Source of the DNA: Alistipes sp.
GTDB taxonomy: Bacteria > Bacteroidota > Bacteroidia > Bacteroidales > Rikenellaceae
Length of the DNA stretch: 64,000 nt
NCBI GenBank assembly: GCA_045632085.1
Contig: JAZQVY010000025.1
Location: 1,541 to 65,540, forward strand
Direction of reading: 5' to 3'
Position 1 is the stretch's first letter. Each line of letters starts with the position of its first letter. Of this stretch, positions 30,692-39,501 are shown one piece after another. A program made the position numbers and the translations under genes. Under the pieces are notes generated by a model, which was not told the origin of the DNA, searched no databases, and saw only the letters and a program-made list of their open reading frames with translations.

Positions 30692-31776
30692 AGCTGCACA
30701 TCACCCCCTACAACATTAAACAATCTATACTCTTTATCAGCTCGACCCAACAACTCCTTCAAACGAATATTATTACAGTCGGTAATACATATTTGTCCAA
30801 AATCGTTAGATGACACAACCTCCAAGAGCTTTGCCACACGACCAACGTCGAGCTTATCGAACAAGTCATCAAGCAACAAGATGGGCTTCTCGCCCGTTGC
30901 CTCAGCAATGAGCCTATACTGCGCCAATTTTAGCGCTATAAGGAATGATTTCTGCTGTCCCTGCGAACCATATTTACGAAGCGGATAGCCACAAATTTTG
31001 AATACTACATCATCACGATGGATACCCGAGGTGGTAAACTGATTGACTATATCACGCTCACGCGAGCGAATCAAAATATCCTTCATCGGCAACTCCTCAA
31101 GCTCGCTGCGGAAGATTATCTCGATCTGCTCCCTATCGCCCGAAAGCACCTTATAATACTCTTCGACAAGAGGTTGCATCTGCTCGATAATCTCTCGGCG
31201 GCGCTCATAAACACGGGTGCCGTGCTCCGAAAGCTGCATATCGTAAATCTGCAACATCGACTCATCACTCGAACACTTCAAGAACTTGTTTCTCTCGGCA
31301 AGCACTGCATTGTAGCGCATCAGCGAGACCATATACTGGCGGTCGAGCTGCGAAATAAAAGCATTAAGATAACGGCGGCGCTCCTCGGCAGCATCGGTGA
31401 TGAGTTCAGTATCCTGAGGCGAAACCATTACAACGGGGAAGTTACCCACGTGGTCGGACATACGCTCATACTCCTTACCATTGCGTTTAAGCACCTTGCC
31501 CGCGCGCTTAGTGAAGGAGCAGTTTACGCTCTCTACCCTCTCATCCTCGGCAACATACGAGCCATCGAGCACGAAGAAATCCTCGCCATGCATCACACTT
31601 TGGCCGTCGGTCATCGTGAGTGCCGACTTCGACATCGAGAGGTAGTAGATGGCATCCAAAACATTTGTCTTGCCCGCACCATTATCGCCCACAAAGCAGT
31701 TGATGCCCTCGGAGAGAGCAATCTCGGTCTGCAACAGATTCTTAAAGTTTATAAGCGATAATTTTTTGAGTCTCAT
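30688..31776 (-). CDS. recF: DNA replication/repair protein RecF
   Basis: GDNGAGKTN, ERRRY, GIHRDD, GSQGQQK, LLLDD. Confidence 0.95.
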   Translation of the reverse strand: MRLKKLSLINFKNLLQTEIALSEGINCFVGDNGAGKTNVLDAIYYLSMSKSALTMTDGQSVMHGEDFFVLDGSYVAEDERVESVNCSFTKRAGKVLKRNGKEYERMSDHVGNFPVVMVSPQDTELITDAAEERRRYLNAFISQLDRQYMVSLMRYNAVLAERNKFLKCSSDESMLQIYDMQLSEHGTRVYERRREIIEQMQPLVEEYYKVLSGDREQIEIIFRSELEELPMKDILIRSRERDIVNQFTTSGIHRDDVVFKICGYPLRKYGSQGQQKSFLIALKLAQYRLIAEATGEKPILLLDDLFDKLDVGRVAKLLEVVSSNDFGQICITDCNNIRLKELLGRADKEYRLFNVVGGDVQL

Positions 31777-31957
31777 AGCTGTAATCTTCTACCTCAAAAT
31801 GGTGTTTCACTCCTCAAAGTTACAATTTTTCGGCGATATTCGTGACTTTTGGCTCGGCATATTCTTATTTTCGTCATAGATTATATGTTTTTTGCTTTTT
31901 TTATTATATTTTTGCATTTTGAATCAGAAGATTATTAACTGAAAAATTACAAATATT

Positions 31958-32635
31958 ATGGCAAAAGAGGTAGTAAACCCACAGGAGGAGATTCTCGATA
32001 ACGCACAGGTGCAGACAGAGAACTTCTTTGAGAAGAACAGCAAAATGGTAGTCGTAGCGATTGTAGTTATCTTTGTTTTGGCAGCTGCAATCTTCGGTTA
32101 CAAGAAACTTATCGTTGAGCCACGTTTGAACGACGCTCAGGAGATGCTCTACGAGGCACAGTATCGTTTCGAGCAGCAGAACGCTGATTTCGCATTGGCA
32201 CTCAATGGTGACGAGAACGTTCCAGGCTTCGCACAGGTGATCGAGAAGTATGGTAACACACCTGCAGGTAACTTGGCAACAGTTTACGCAGCAGCTTGCG
32301 CATTGCGTCTTGGTGACTTCGACGCAGCTGAGAGCTACTTGGCAAAGTACTCTAACGTGAAGGGTGCAACTGGTGAGCTCGTAAACGCTACAGCAATTGG
32401 TATCCGCGGCGAGATCGCAGTTGAGAAGGGCGACTACGCTGGTGCAGCAGCTATCTTCGAGAACGCAGCAAACGTTAGCGACAACAACTACTCTACACCT
32501 TTGTACTTGCGCAAGGCAGCTATGGCTTACGAGGCAGCTGGCAACGCAGATAAGGCTAAGAAGTGCTTGCAGATTATCACAGACAAGTACCCATCATCTA
32601 TCGAGGCTCGCGAGGCTGAGAAGTTGACTGAGTAA
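31958..32635 (+). CDS. Membrane-anchored TPR protein (YfgM-like)
   Basis: Single N-terminal TM helix then TPR-like helices; usual Bacteroidota position between recF and ribH. Confidence 0.75.
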   Translation: MAKEVVNPQEEILDNAQVQTENFFEKNSKMVVVAIVVIFVLAAAIFGYKKLIVEPRLNDAQEMLYEAQYRFEQQNADFALALNGDENVPGFAQVIEKYGNTPAGNLATVYAAACALRLGDFDAAESYLAKYSNVKGATGELVNATAIGIRGEIAVEKGDYAGAAAIFENAANVSDNNYSTPLYLRKAAMAYEAAGNADKAKKCLQIITDKYPSSIEAREAEKLTE

Positions 32636-32689
32636 TCAGGCTGTAAAACGATATACGCTCTAAAATAAATTAACACAGGCCGGGCTCAG

Positions 32690-33088
32690 ATGTCAATCAA
32701 GGTTGGTATAATTGTAGTGGATTCGCAGGCACAGTTTGCCCACGAGAATCTATCGCCACTCAGCGAGAGCCTTCGCCTGATGGGTTGCAGCGAGCAGAAT
32801 ATTCTTGTTCGCCACTCGCCCTCGATATACAATGTTCCGCTCACGGTGCAGTTCTTCGCCGAGTACACCGATGTTGATGCGGTGATTGTATTGGCCGAGA
32901 ACGACCAGACCGCCGAGTATAACTCGATGCTTTATGGCGTTACCCGCCTGCAGATGCTGTGGAATATGCCTGTGCTGATTGGAGGCGTGGGTGTAGCGGC
33001 CGATGCGGTGGAGATGGTAAGGATGCAGAACGAGATGGAGGCCGCCGCGCCCGAATATAACTCTGCCGACCGCAAGTCGATAAATTAA
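32690..33088 (+). CDS. Degenerate lumazine synthase (RibH)-like protein
   Basis: KVGIIV, GCSEQNILV, QFFAEYTDVDAVIVL, RLQMLWNMPV resemble RibH and the synteny fits; catalytic motifs are absent. Confidence 0.7.
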   Translation: MSIKVGIIVVDSQAQFAHENLSPLSESLRLMGCSEQNILVRHSPSIYNVPLTVQFFAEYTDVDAVIVLAENDQTAEYNSMLYGVTRLQMLWNMPVLIGGVGVAADAVEMVRMQNEMEAAAPEYNSADRKSIN

Positions 33089-33108
33089 GAGCGTAAATTT
33101 GATAATAG

Positions 33109-33143
33109 AAAAGGTTGTTCCCGAGTGGAGCAACCTTTTTTTT
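33109..33143 (+). terminator. Terminator
   Basis: AAAAGGTTGTTCC...GGAGCAACCTTTTTTTT. Confidence 0.75.
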
Positions 33144-33226
33144 GCTAAAATATTTCATTTTTCTCTTGACTCATACCTAAGGGCATATATTAACTTTGCA
33201 ATGGCTAGCAAATAAATCGTACGATT

Positions 33227-34051
33227 ATGGGTAACAAAACAAGGTTAAAAATCGGAGAGTTCTCAAAGATGATGCAGGTGACGGTGAAGACCTTGCGCCA
33301 CTATGAGCAGAGAGGCTTGCTCCTGCCCGATGAGGTGGATAAGTGGACAGGGTATCGCTACTATAGCATTGCGCAGATGCAGCGACTGGGCACCATTCGT
33401 GGACTACAGCAACAGGGCTTCACACTCGAGGAGATCAAGGAGCTGCTAGAGGATGGAGCGCAAATGCCGAGCATTGAGCAACTGTCACAAAAAATAGAGG
33501 AGACTGAGCGTCAACTGCAATTGCTGATGGAGCGCCGTAGTCAACTGCTCAAATGGATGGACTCTCACAAACAAATTAACGCTATGGAGAAATTTAACAT
33601 TCAATCATTGCCAGAGATTATCGTGGCAAGCCATCGCGAAATAATCCCTGATTATAGCGCGTTGGGAATGTTGTGTGTGAATAAGATTGGTCCCGAGATG
33701 CTGCGTTTGGGCTGCAAATGCCCACCTCCTGGGTACTGTTTTACCATAGAACACGGGAAGGAGCATCATCCTACGGACATAGACATTGAGTATTGCGAGC
33801 AGGTGGAAGAGATGGGCGAGGATAGCGACATTATACAATTTAAGCGCTTGCCGGCTGTAGCTAAGGCGCTTTGTATGAAACATATGGGACCATACGAGCG
33901 CTTCCACGAATCGTTCACAGAAGCATTTGCCTATATGGATGAGCAAGGCTATAAGGTTGCAGGAACTATGCGCACTTGCTACATTGACGGTGTTTGGAAT
34001 CAAGAAAACCCCGAGCAGTGGTTATCTATCATTCAGATTCCAATTGAGTAG
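33227..34051 (+). CDS. MerR-family regulator with GyrI-like effector domain
   Basis: LKIGEFSK..VTVKTLRHYE..GLL..TGYRYY, GFTLEEIK; C-terminal HMGPY. Upstream TTGAC...TAACTTTG promoter at 33166-33198. Confidence 0.9.
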   Translation: MGNKTRLKIGEFSKMMQVTVKTLRHYEQRGLLLPDEVDKWTGYRYYSIAQMQRLGTIRGLQQQGFTLEEIKELLEDGAQMPSIEQLSQKIEETERQLQLLMERRSQLLKWMDSHKQINAMEKFNIQSLPEIIVASHREIIPDYSALGMLCVNKIGPEMLRLGCKCPPPGYCFTIEHGKEHHPTDIDIEYCEQVEEMGEDSDIIQFKRLPAVAKALCMKHMGPYERFHESFTEAFAYMDEQGYKVAGTMRTCYIDGVWNQENPEQWLSIIQIPIE

Positions 34052-34088
34052 AGTCTGATAATTTCATTCAAAAGATCTATAAACCGAA

Positions 34089-34121
34089 AAAAGCGAGCTA
34101 TTCTTTTGAATAGTTCGCTTT
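34089..34121. terminator. Terminator after the MerR gene
   Basis: AAAGCGAGCTATTC tttt GAATAGTTCGCTTT. Confidence 0.7.
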
Positions 34122-34136
34122 ACTATTTCCTCCCTA

Positions 34137-34201
34137 CCGAAAGAGTTGTGTTAGATTCTTTTTCTAAAAAAGGTAGGCTACCCATTTGGATAGCCTACCC
34201 T
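34137..34201 (+). repeat. Element right-arm remnant plus hairpin; direct repeat of 34312-34376
   Basis: CCGAAAGAGTTGTGTTAGATTCTTT...GTAGGC..CCC...GGATAGCCTAC occurs twice. Confidence 0.8.
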
Positions 34202-34216
34202 ACTATTTGTTCTCTC

Positions 34217-34337
34217 GAAAGGATATAACGCAAACTATTTTGGGGATTGCCGAAGTGGGATAAAGCGCAGCATACTTGGCGTATGTGAGCATTTAGCACA
34301 CGAGCAAGACGCCGAAAGAGTTGTGTTAGATTCTTTC
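34217..34337 (+). repeat. Full ERIC/RPE-like fold-back element (~121 bp)
   Basis: Arms GAAAGGATATAACGCAA / TTGTGTTAGATTCTTTC; core GCGCAGCATAC ttggc GTATGTGAGCA. Confidence 0.85.
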
Positions 34338-34383
34338 TAATAAAATAGTAGGCCACCCTTGCGGATAGCCTACTCTCTATTGA

Positions 34384-34507
34384 TAAAATGTATTTTAACG
34401 AGGCAAGAACAAGGCTTGCGAAGACCGAAAAACCGCAGCATACTTGACGTATGTGAGGATTTTAAGGGCAAGCATAACGCAGTAATTGCCCGTTAAAAAC
34501 ATTTTTA
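34384..34507 (+). repeat. Full ERIC/RPE-like fold-back element (~124 bp) ending in the mdh stop codon
   Basis: Arms TAAAATGTATTTTAACG / CGTTAAAAACATTTTTA; AAGGCTTGCGAAG...CCGCAGCATAC ttgac GTATGTGAGGA...CAAGCATAACGCAG. Confidence 0.85.
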
Positions 34508-35446
34508 GATTGCGTTTGTATCGTAAAGAATCTGATTAACCTTACGAACTGCATCTGCCGAAGCCTCGAAAGCAGCCTTCTCCTCTGCAGTAAGGTCGAT
34601 CTTTACGATCTTCTCGATACCCTTACGACCGATAACTACTGGTACACCGATCATGATGTCCTCCTGACCGTACTCGCCCTCGAGGTAAGCACCGCAAGGG
34701 ATGATGCGCTTCTGGTCGCCCAAGATAGCCTCAACAACTGATGCTGCAGCGGCACCTGGAGCATACCAAGCTGATGTACCGAGCAAGCCTGTCAAAGTTG
34801 CACCACCTACCATAGTGTCAGCAGCAACCTGAGCGAGCTTCTTCTTAGAAAGGAACTGAGAAGCAGGAACGCCCTTGATAGTAGCCTTTGAAGTCAAAGG
34901 AATCATAGTTGTATCGCCGTGACCACCGATAACCATACCGTCAACATCGTGGATGTTCGCGTTAGCAGCCTTAGCCAAGTAGCAACGGAAACGTGAAGAA
35001 TCCAAAGCACCACCCATACCGATTACGCGGTTCTTAGGAAGGCCTGTTGACTTGAGTGTAAGGTAAGCCATTGTATCCATTGGGTTAGATACGATAACGA
35101 AGATAGCACGTGGAGAGTGTGCCAAAGCCTGTGAAACTACGCTCTTAACGATGTTTGCGTTAGTACCGATAAGCTCCTCACGAGTCATACCTGGCTTACG
35201 TGGAATACCAGAAGTTACAACCACTACGTCAGAGATAGCTGACTTCTTGTAGACGTTAGTGCAGCCTGTGAGCTTAGTCTTGAAAACAGTTGTAGCTGAT
35301 GCCTGATACATATCGAGCATCTTACCCTCAGAAAGACCCTCCTTGATATCGATCAATACAACCTCGTCAGCGATGTTGCGAGCTGCCAATACGTTTGCGC
35401 AAGTTGCGCCCACCATACCAGCGCCGATAACTGTTACTTTTGACAT
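34505..35446 (-). CDS. mdh: Malate dehydrogenase (LDH-like)
   Basis: VIGAGMVG, PRKPGMTREEL, VSNPMD, LDSSR, GGHGD. Confidence 0.93.
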   Translation of the reverse strand: MSKVTVIGAGMVGATCANVLAARNIADEVVLIDIKEGLSEGKMLDMYQASATTVFKTKLTGCTNVYKKSAISDVVVVTSGIPRKPGMTREELIGTNANIVKSVVSQALAHSPRAIFVIVSNPMDTMAYLTLKSTGLPKNRVIGMGGALDSSRFRCYLAKAANANIHDVDGMVIGGHGDTTMIPLTSKATIKGVPASQFLSKKKLAQVAADTMVGGATLTGLLGTSAWYAPGAAAASVVEAILGDQKRIIPCGAYLEGEYGQEDIMIGVPVVIGRKGIEKIVKIDLTAEEKAAFEASADAVRKVNQILYDTNAI

Positions 35447-35494
35447 AATTTTCTTCTCTTTTATTGTTTAAATAATCTCTTATTTCAAATCAGA

Positions 35495-35872
35495 TTAGCC
35501 GATAAGCTCTGCATAAGCCTCTGGAGAGAGCAAAGCATCGTACTCAGCAGGATCAGACATCTTAACCTTGATCATCCAACCCTCACCATAAGGATCAGAG
35601 TTAACCAATGCTGGGTCAGCATCTACCGCATCGTTGAACTCAACAACCTCGCCACCTACAGGGATAAATGCATCGCTAACAGTCTTAACAGCCTCGATAG
35701 AACCGAAAACCTCACCTGCAGCCAAAGTCTCACCCACTGTTGGAACGTCAACAAATACGATGTCACCCAACTGGCTCTGTGCAAAATCTGTAATACCTAC
35801 ATAGGCATACTCACCCTCGACACGGCACCACTCGTGGTCGTTCGAGTACTTCAAATTAGAAGGAATATTCAT
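35495..35872 (-). CDS. gcvH: Glycine cleavage system H protein
   Basis: [23 protein letters not shown] lipoyl lysine, NSDPYGEGW. Confidence 0.93.
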   Translation of the reverse strand: MNIPSNLKYSNDHEWCRVEGEYAYVGITDFAQSQLGDIVFVDVPTVGETLAAGEVFGSIEAVKTVSDAFIPVGGEVVEFNDAVDADPALVNSDPYGEGWMIKVKMSDPAEYDALLSPEAYAELIG

Positions 35873-35964
35873 AATCGTTATGGTTTATAAATTGTTTCTA
35901 TTAGTGTCTTAGCGTAAAAAAGGTATACCAAAGGTATAATCTACACAAAGATAGGAGTATTTTT

Positions 35965-36708
35965 CTAATCTTCGGTATATTTTGTTATATTTTTAACAGA
36001 AAATTCAATTTCTTTAAACTGATAGCTACGCTCCTCGCCTTTTTCATTCTCAACACGCAGGGCTCCCGAAGGCTCTACACCACGTATCGTGCCGCGAAAA
36101 CGCTTGCCATCGGGCAGGAAATACCAATGCAGAGCGTCGCGACGATAGAGAAGTTCGTGGTAATCCTCCTGAATCTGCTGCTCACCACCCTGGCGCAACA
36201 TTTCGTATCGAGCCATCAGCGCCTCAACCACACGGCCAAGCACCTCTTCAGGATCGAGCTCCACCCTTGTGAGCTGCTGCATCGACACCGGATTAGGCAA
36301 ATCGGGCGAAAACTCCATCTGATTAACATTCAGACCAATACCTGCTATTGTACGGCCTATCTCACTACCCTGCAACTTATGCTCAATAAGGATTCCGGCC
36401 AGTTTCCTGTCTCCCACATAGATATCGTTGGTCCATTTGATTTTTGCCACAATGCCATAGTAGCGCAAAGCATCGACCACGGCCAAAGCAACCGCCTGAG
36501 AGAGCAGGAATTGCCTTAGAATCGGCACAAATCGAGGTTCAAAGATAGCCGTGAATGTTATATTTTCACCTTTGCGGCTCTCCCACTTATGGCCACGCTG
36601 ACCTCGGCCGGCACTCTGCTGATCGGCCCAGATGATATCGCCCTCGCGGTAGATGGGTTTGGCTGCCTCGTCATTGGTCGAGGCGAGTATGTCGAAATGG
36701 TAAATCAT
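35965..36708 (-). CDS. birA: Biotin-protein ligase without N-terminal HTH
   Basis: STND, QSAGRGQRG..W, KWTND, KLAGILIE, GIGLN. Confidence 0.9.
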   Translation of the reverse strand: MIYHFDILASTNDEAAKPIYREGDIIWADQQSAGRGQRGHKWESRKGENITFTAIFEPRFVPILRQFLLSQAVALAVVDALRYYGIVAKIKWTNDIYVGDRKLAGILIEHKLQGSEIGRTIAGIGLNVNQMEFSPDLPNPVSMQQLTRVELDPEEVLGRVVEALMARYEMLRQGGEQQIQEDYHELLYRRDALHWYFLPDGKRFRGTIRGVEPSGALRVENEKGEERSYQFKEIEFSVKNITKYTED

Positions 36709-36711
36709 CGC

Positions 36712-37278
36712 TTATCTCTTCATCGCTCGCTCGGCAAAATATCGCCATAGCGGAGCGGCGTGGGTACACTGCATAATCTCATTAGACTCCAAAAGTTCAA
36801 GCACCTCCTCGGGCGACATAATATGCACCTGAATATCCTCGCTCTGCTCGGTATGCTGCTCATCCACAGGTTCTACACCCTCGGCCAAAAAGGTGTAAAC
36901 TGTGTTGTTGTGGTTAGTAGGATTGGCCGACGTGATGAAGAACTCGCGCCACACGCCACCGCCATAACCTGTCTCCTCAAGCAACTCTCTGCGTGCACTT
37001 TGCTCGGGCGTCTCGCCATCATCGCAACACCCCGCAACAAGCTCATAGCGGGTCTCACCCAGGGCGTGACGATATTGGCTAATCATCACAAACTCACCTT
37101 TGGTGGTTATCGCTATGACATTTACCCAATCGGGGAACTCGAAGATATACCATTCGGGCACAACGGCTCCCGTTGGCAGCTGCACACTCTCGCGACGCAC
37201 TGTAAACCAGGGGCGTTTGGCCAGATACTCGCTTGAAAGCACCTTCCAGGGGCGATGTTTTGGTCGTTGAATGCTCAT
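36712..37278 (-). CDS. NUDIX hydrolase (ADP-ribose pyrophosphatase-like)
   Basis: Nudix box AG..DDGETPEQSARRELLEETG, QYRH; start placed at MSIQR. Confidence 0.85.
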   Translation of the reverse strand: MSIQRPKHRPWKVLSSEYLAKRPWFTVRRESVQLPTGAVVPEWYIFEFPDWVNVIAITTKGEFVMISQYRHALGETRYELVAGCCDDGETPEQSARRELLEETGYGGGVWREFFITSANPTNHNNTVYTFLAEGVEPVDEQHTEQSEDIQVHIMSPEEVLELLESNEIMQCTHAAPLWRYFAERAMKR

Positions 37279-37450
37279 TTTTCGCATTATTTGCCCCCGC
37301 CAACCCTTTTTGAGAGTCACGAAGGTCATTTATGGGATAAAAACTCAATCTTTGTGGTGTAAAGATAGATAAAATTAGGCAAAAGCAGGTCGGCGAAAAC
37401 ATTTTTTTCTAACTTTGCAACTTGTTATTCTACATTTACAGACAGATAGT

Positions 37451-38713
37451 ATGAAAGTATATAAATTTGGAGGTGCGTCGGTACGTAATGCCGACGGTGT
37501 GAGAAACTTACGTCATATTGTTGATGGCGAGGACAACCTATTCATCATTGTATCGGCAATGGGCAAGACAACCAACGCCTTGGAGCGTGTGTTTACCCAT
37601 ATGCAGAAGGTTGAAAAGGAGGCCGCAAACCAGGAGATTAAGCAGATTCAGGAGTACCACGCCGCAATCATAGACGATTTGTGGGGTGAGCACACCGACA
37701 TCAACGAGGTTACACTCCTCTTCGGTCAGTTGCGTAACATTGTGAACGACATTGTATATCGCCCATCAGACGCAGAGTTGTGGTACGACACAATCGTGGC
37801 CTTTGGTGAGCTTATCTCTACAACCATCATCTCGAAGTACCTCAACCACTCTGGACTTCGCAACCGATGGATTGATATGCGTACTACATTCATCACAAAC
37901 CAGCGCCACAAGGACGCCAATGTTGACATCAAGGCTTCTGAGCTTCGCCTGAAGGCCGCTCTGGAGAATACAGGTGTGGGAGTATTTGTTGGTCAGGGCT
38001 TTATCGGTGCTGCACCAGATGGCACAACAACCACTCTTGGCCGCGAGGGTTCGGACTACTCGGCTGCCGTTGTAGCTCACATCCTCAATGCAGAGTCGAT
38101 GTCGGTATGGAAGGATGTGGACGGAGTGTTGAATGCCGATCCTAAGACATTTAAAGATGCTGTAAAGATTGATGCACTGAACTACCTCGACACAATCGAG
38201 CTGGCTTACAGTGGTGCACAGATTATCCACCCAAAGACAATCAAGCCTTTGCAGAACAAGAATATCCCATTGTACGTACGTCCATTTGGCGACAAGTCGA
38301 AGCCAGGCACCGTAATCAATGGCGAGGCTGAGCACGTTACACTGCCAATCCTCATCTACAAGCGCGACCAGGTGTTGCTCATCATTCGCTCAAAGGATTT
38401 CTCGTTTGTGATGGAGGAGAAGTTTGCAGTTATCTTCTCGCTGCTCGACCACTTCCGCATCAAGACTCACCTTATCAACAACTCGGCTGTCGATTTGGGT
38501 CTCTGCATCGATGCTTCGTGGCATATCGACGAGCTGATTAAGGCTTTGGAGGCCGAGAACTTCGAGGTGGAGAAGCACGACAATGTGGGCTTGCTCACAA
38601 TCCGCAACTACAACGACGACCTATATCACCGCTACGTAAAGATGCAGAAACACATCGTGCGTCAGGTGAACCCCGAGTCGGTGCGTGTGGTATTGCGTGA
38701 GACCAATTTTTAG
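37451..38713 (+). CDS. lysC: Aspartate kinase
   Basis: MKVYKFGGASV, VSAMGKTTN, TTLGREGSDYSA, KDVDGV..ADP, IIHPKT. Confidence 0.9.
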   Translation: MKVYKFGGASVRNADGVRNLRHIVDGEDNLFIIVSAMGKTTNALERVFTHMQKVEKEAANQEIKQIQEYHAAIIDDLWGEHTDINEVTLLFGQLRNIVNDIVYRPSDAELWYDTIVAFGELISTTIISKYLNHSGLRNRWIDMRTTFITNQRHKDANVDIKASELRLKAALENTGVGVFVGQGFIGAAPDGTTTTLGREGSDYSAAVVAHILNAESMSVWKDVDGVLNADPKTFKDAVKIDALNYLDTIELAYSGAQIIHPKTIKPLQNKNIPLYVRPFGDKSKPGTVINGEAEHVTLPILIYKRDQVLLIIRSKDFSFVMEEKFAVIFSLLDHFRIKTHLINNSAVDLGLCIDASWHIDELIKALEAENFEVEKHDNVGLLTIRNYNDDLYHRYVKMQKHIVRQVNPESVRVVLRETNF

Positions 38714-38817
38714 GCAATAACCAACAACAAAAACGTAAAACAAACCAATCAACACGGACAATCTTTCGCGTCAGATTGTCACCAATTTTTTGTTTCACTT
38801 TTTTAATTAAAACAGAG

Positions 38818-39276
38818 ATGAAAAAGTTTGTTTTATCAATTTTGTGCGCCTTGGCTTTCGCTTTGCCCTCGATGGCTCAAGGTATCAACGACAAGGGCGA
38901 CAACATTATCGGAGAGTACCTCACCGATCGTGGCGGCAGCAAAAGCAAGGTTCGTGTTACGAAGAATGCCAACGGTACTTACAACGCTCAGGTTTTCTGG
39001 GTGGAGAACCCCTACGACAAGGATGGCAAGAAGCGTAAGGATGTAAAGAATCCCGACAAGAGCCTTCGCAATGTAGATGTCGACCAGATTATAATCGTCG
39101 AGGGTTTGAAGTACAACCCTGAGGATAAGAACTGGGGTGGCGCAAAGATTTACGACCCAACAAAGGGTATCAAGGTAAATGCTTCGGCTCAGTTTGAAAC
39201 CGCAGATAAACTCAAGCTTCGCGGTACGATTATGGGTGTGGGTGTAACACTCTACTGGCAGAGAATAAAAAAGTAG
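38818..39276 (+). CDS. DUF2147-like secreted protein
   Basis: Signal peptide, DVKNPDKSLR, W.GAKIYDP.KG, LRG, terminal W.R. Confidence 0.8.
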   Translation: MKKFVLSILCALAFALPSMAQGINDKGDNIIGEYLTDRGGSKSKVRVTKNANGTYNAQVFWVENPYDKDGKKRKDVKNPDKSLRNVDVDQIIIVEGLKYNPEDKNWGGAKIYDPTKGIKVNASAQFETADKLKLRGTIMGVGVTLYWQRIKK

Positions 39277-39294
39277 ACTGCAACTAGCAGAATG

Positions 39295-39333
39295 AACCAA
39301 GGGTGAAGACCATCGTCTTCACCCTTGGTTTTT
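39295..39333. terminator. Bidirectional terminator
   Basis: Perfect AACCAAGGGTGAAGAC catc GTCTTCACCCTTGGTT. Confidence 0.85.
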
Positions 39334-39375
39334 GTATGCATATGTTTTCAGCTGTTCTCTTTCAGCTACCCCATC

Positions 39376-39501
39376 AGATAATTTCGGATTGTTGAGCTAT
39401 TTTGAGGATTGCCGAAGGCCGAGAAACCGCAGTTTACTAAACGTAAATGAGGATTTCGAGGCCAAGCAAGACGCCAAAAGAGCCAACAAGCCAAATTATC
39501 T
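39376..39501 (+). repeat. Full ERIC/RPE-like fold-back element containing the stop of the GH78-like gene
   Basis: Arms AGATAATTTCGGATTGTTG / CAACAAGCCAAATTATCT; core CCGCAGTTTAC taaac GTAAATGAGGA; GACGCCAAAAGAG. Confidence 0.85.

Noticed and set aside
34052-34507. CRISPR array
   Set aside because: Repeats are diverged, irregularly spaced and palindromic over ~120 bp; no cas genes.
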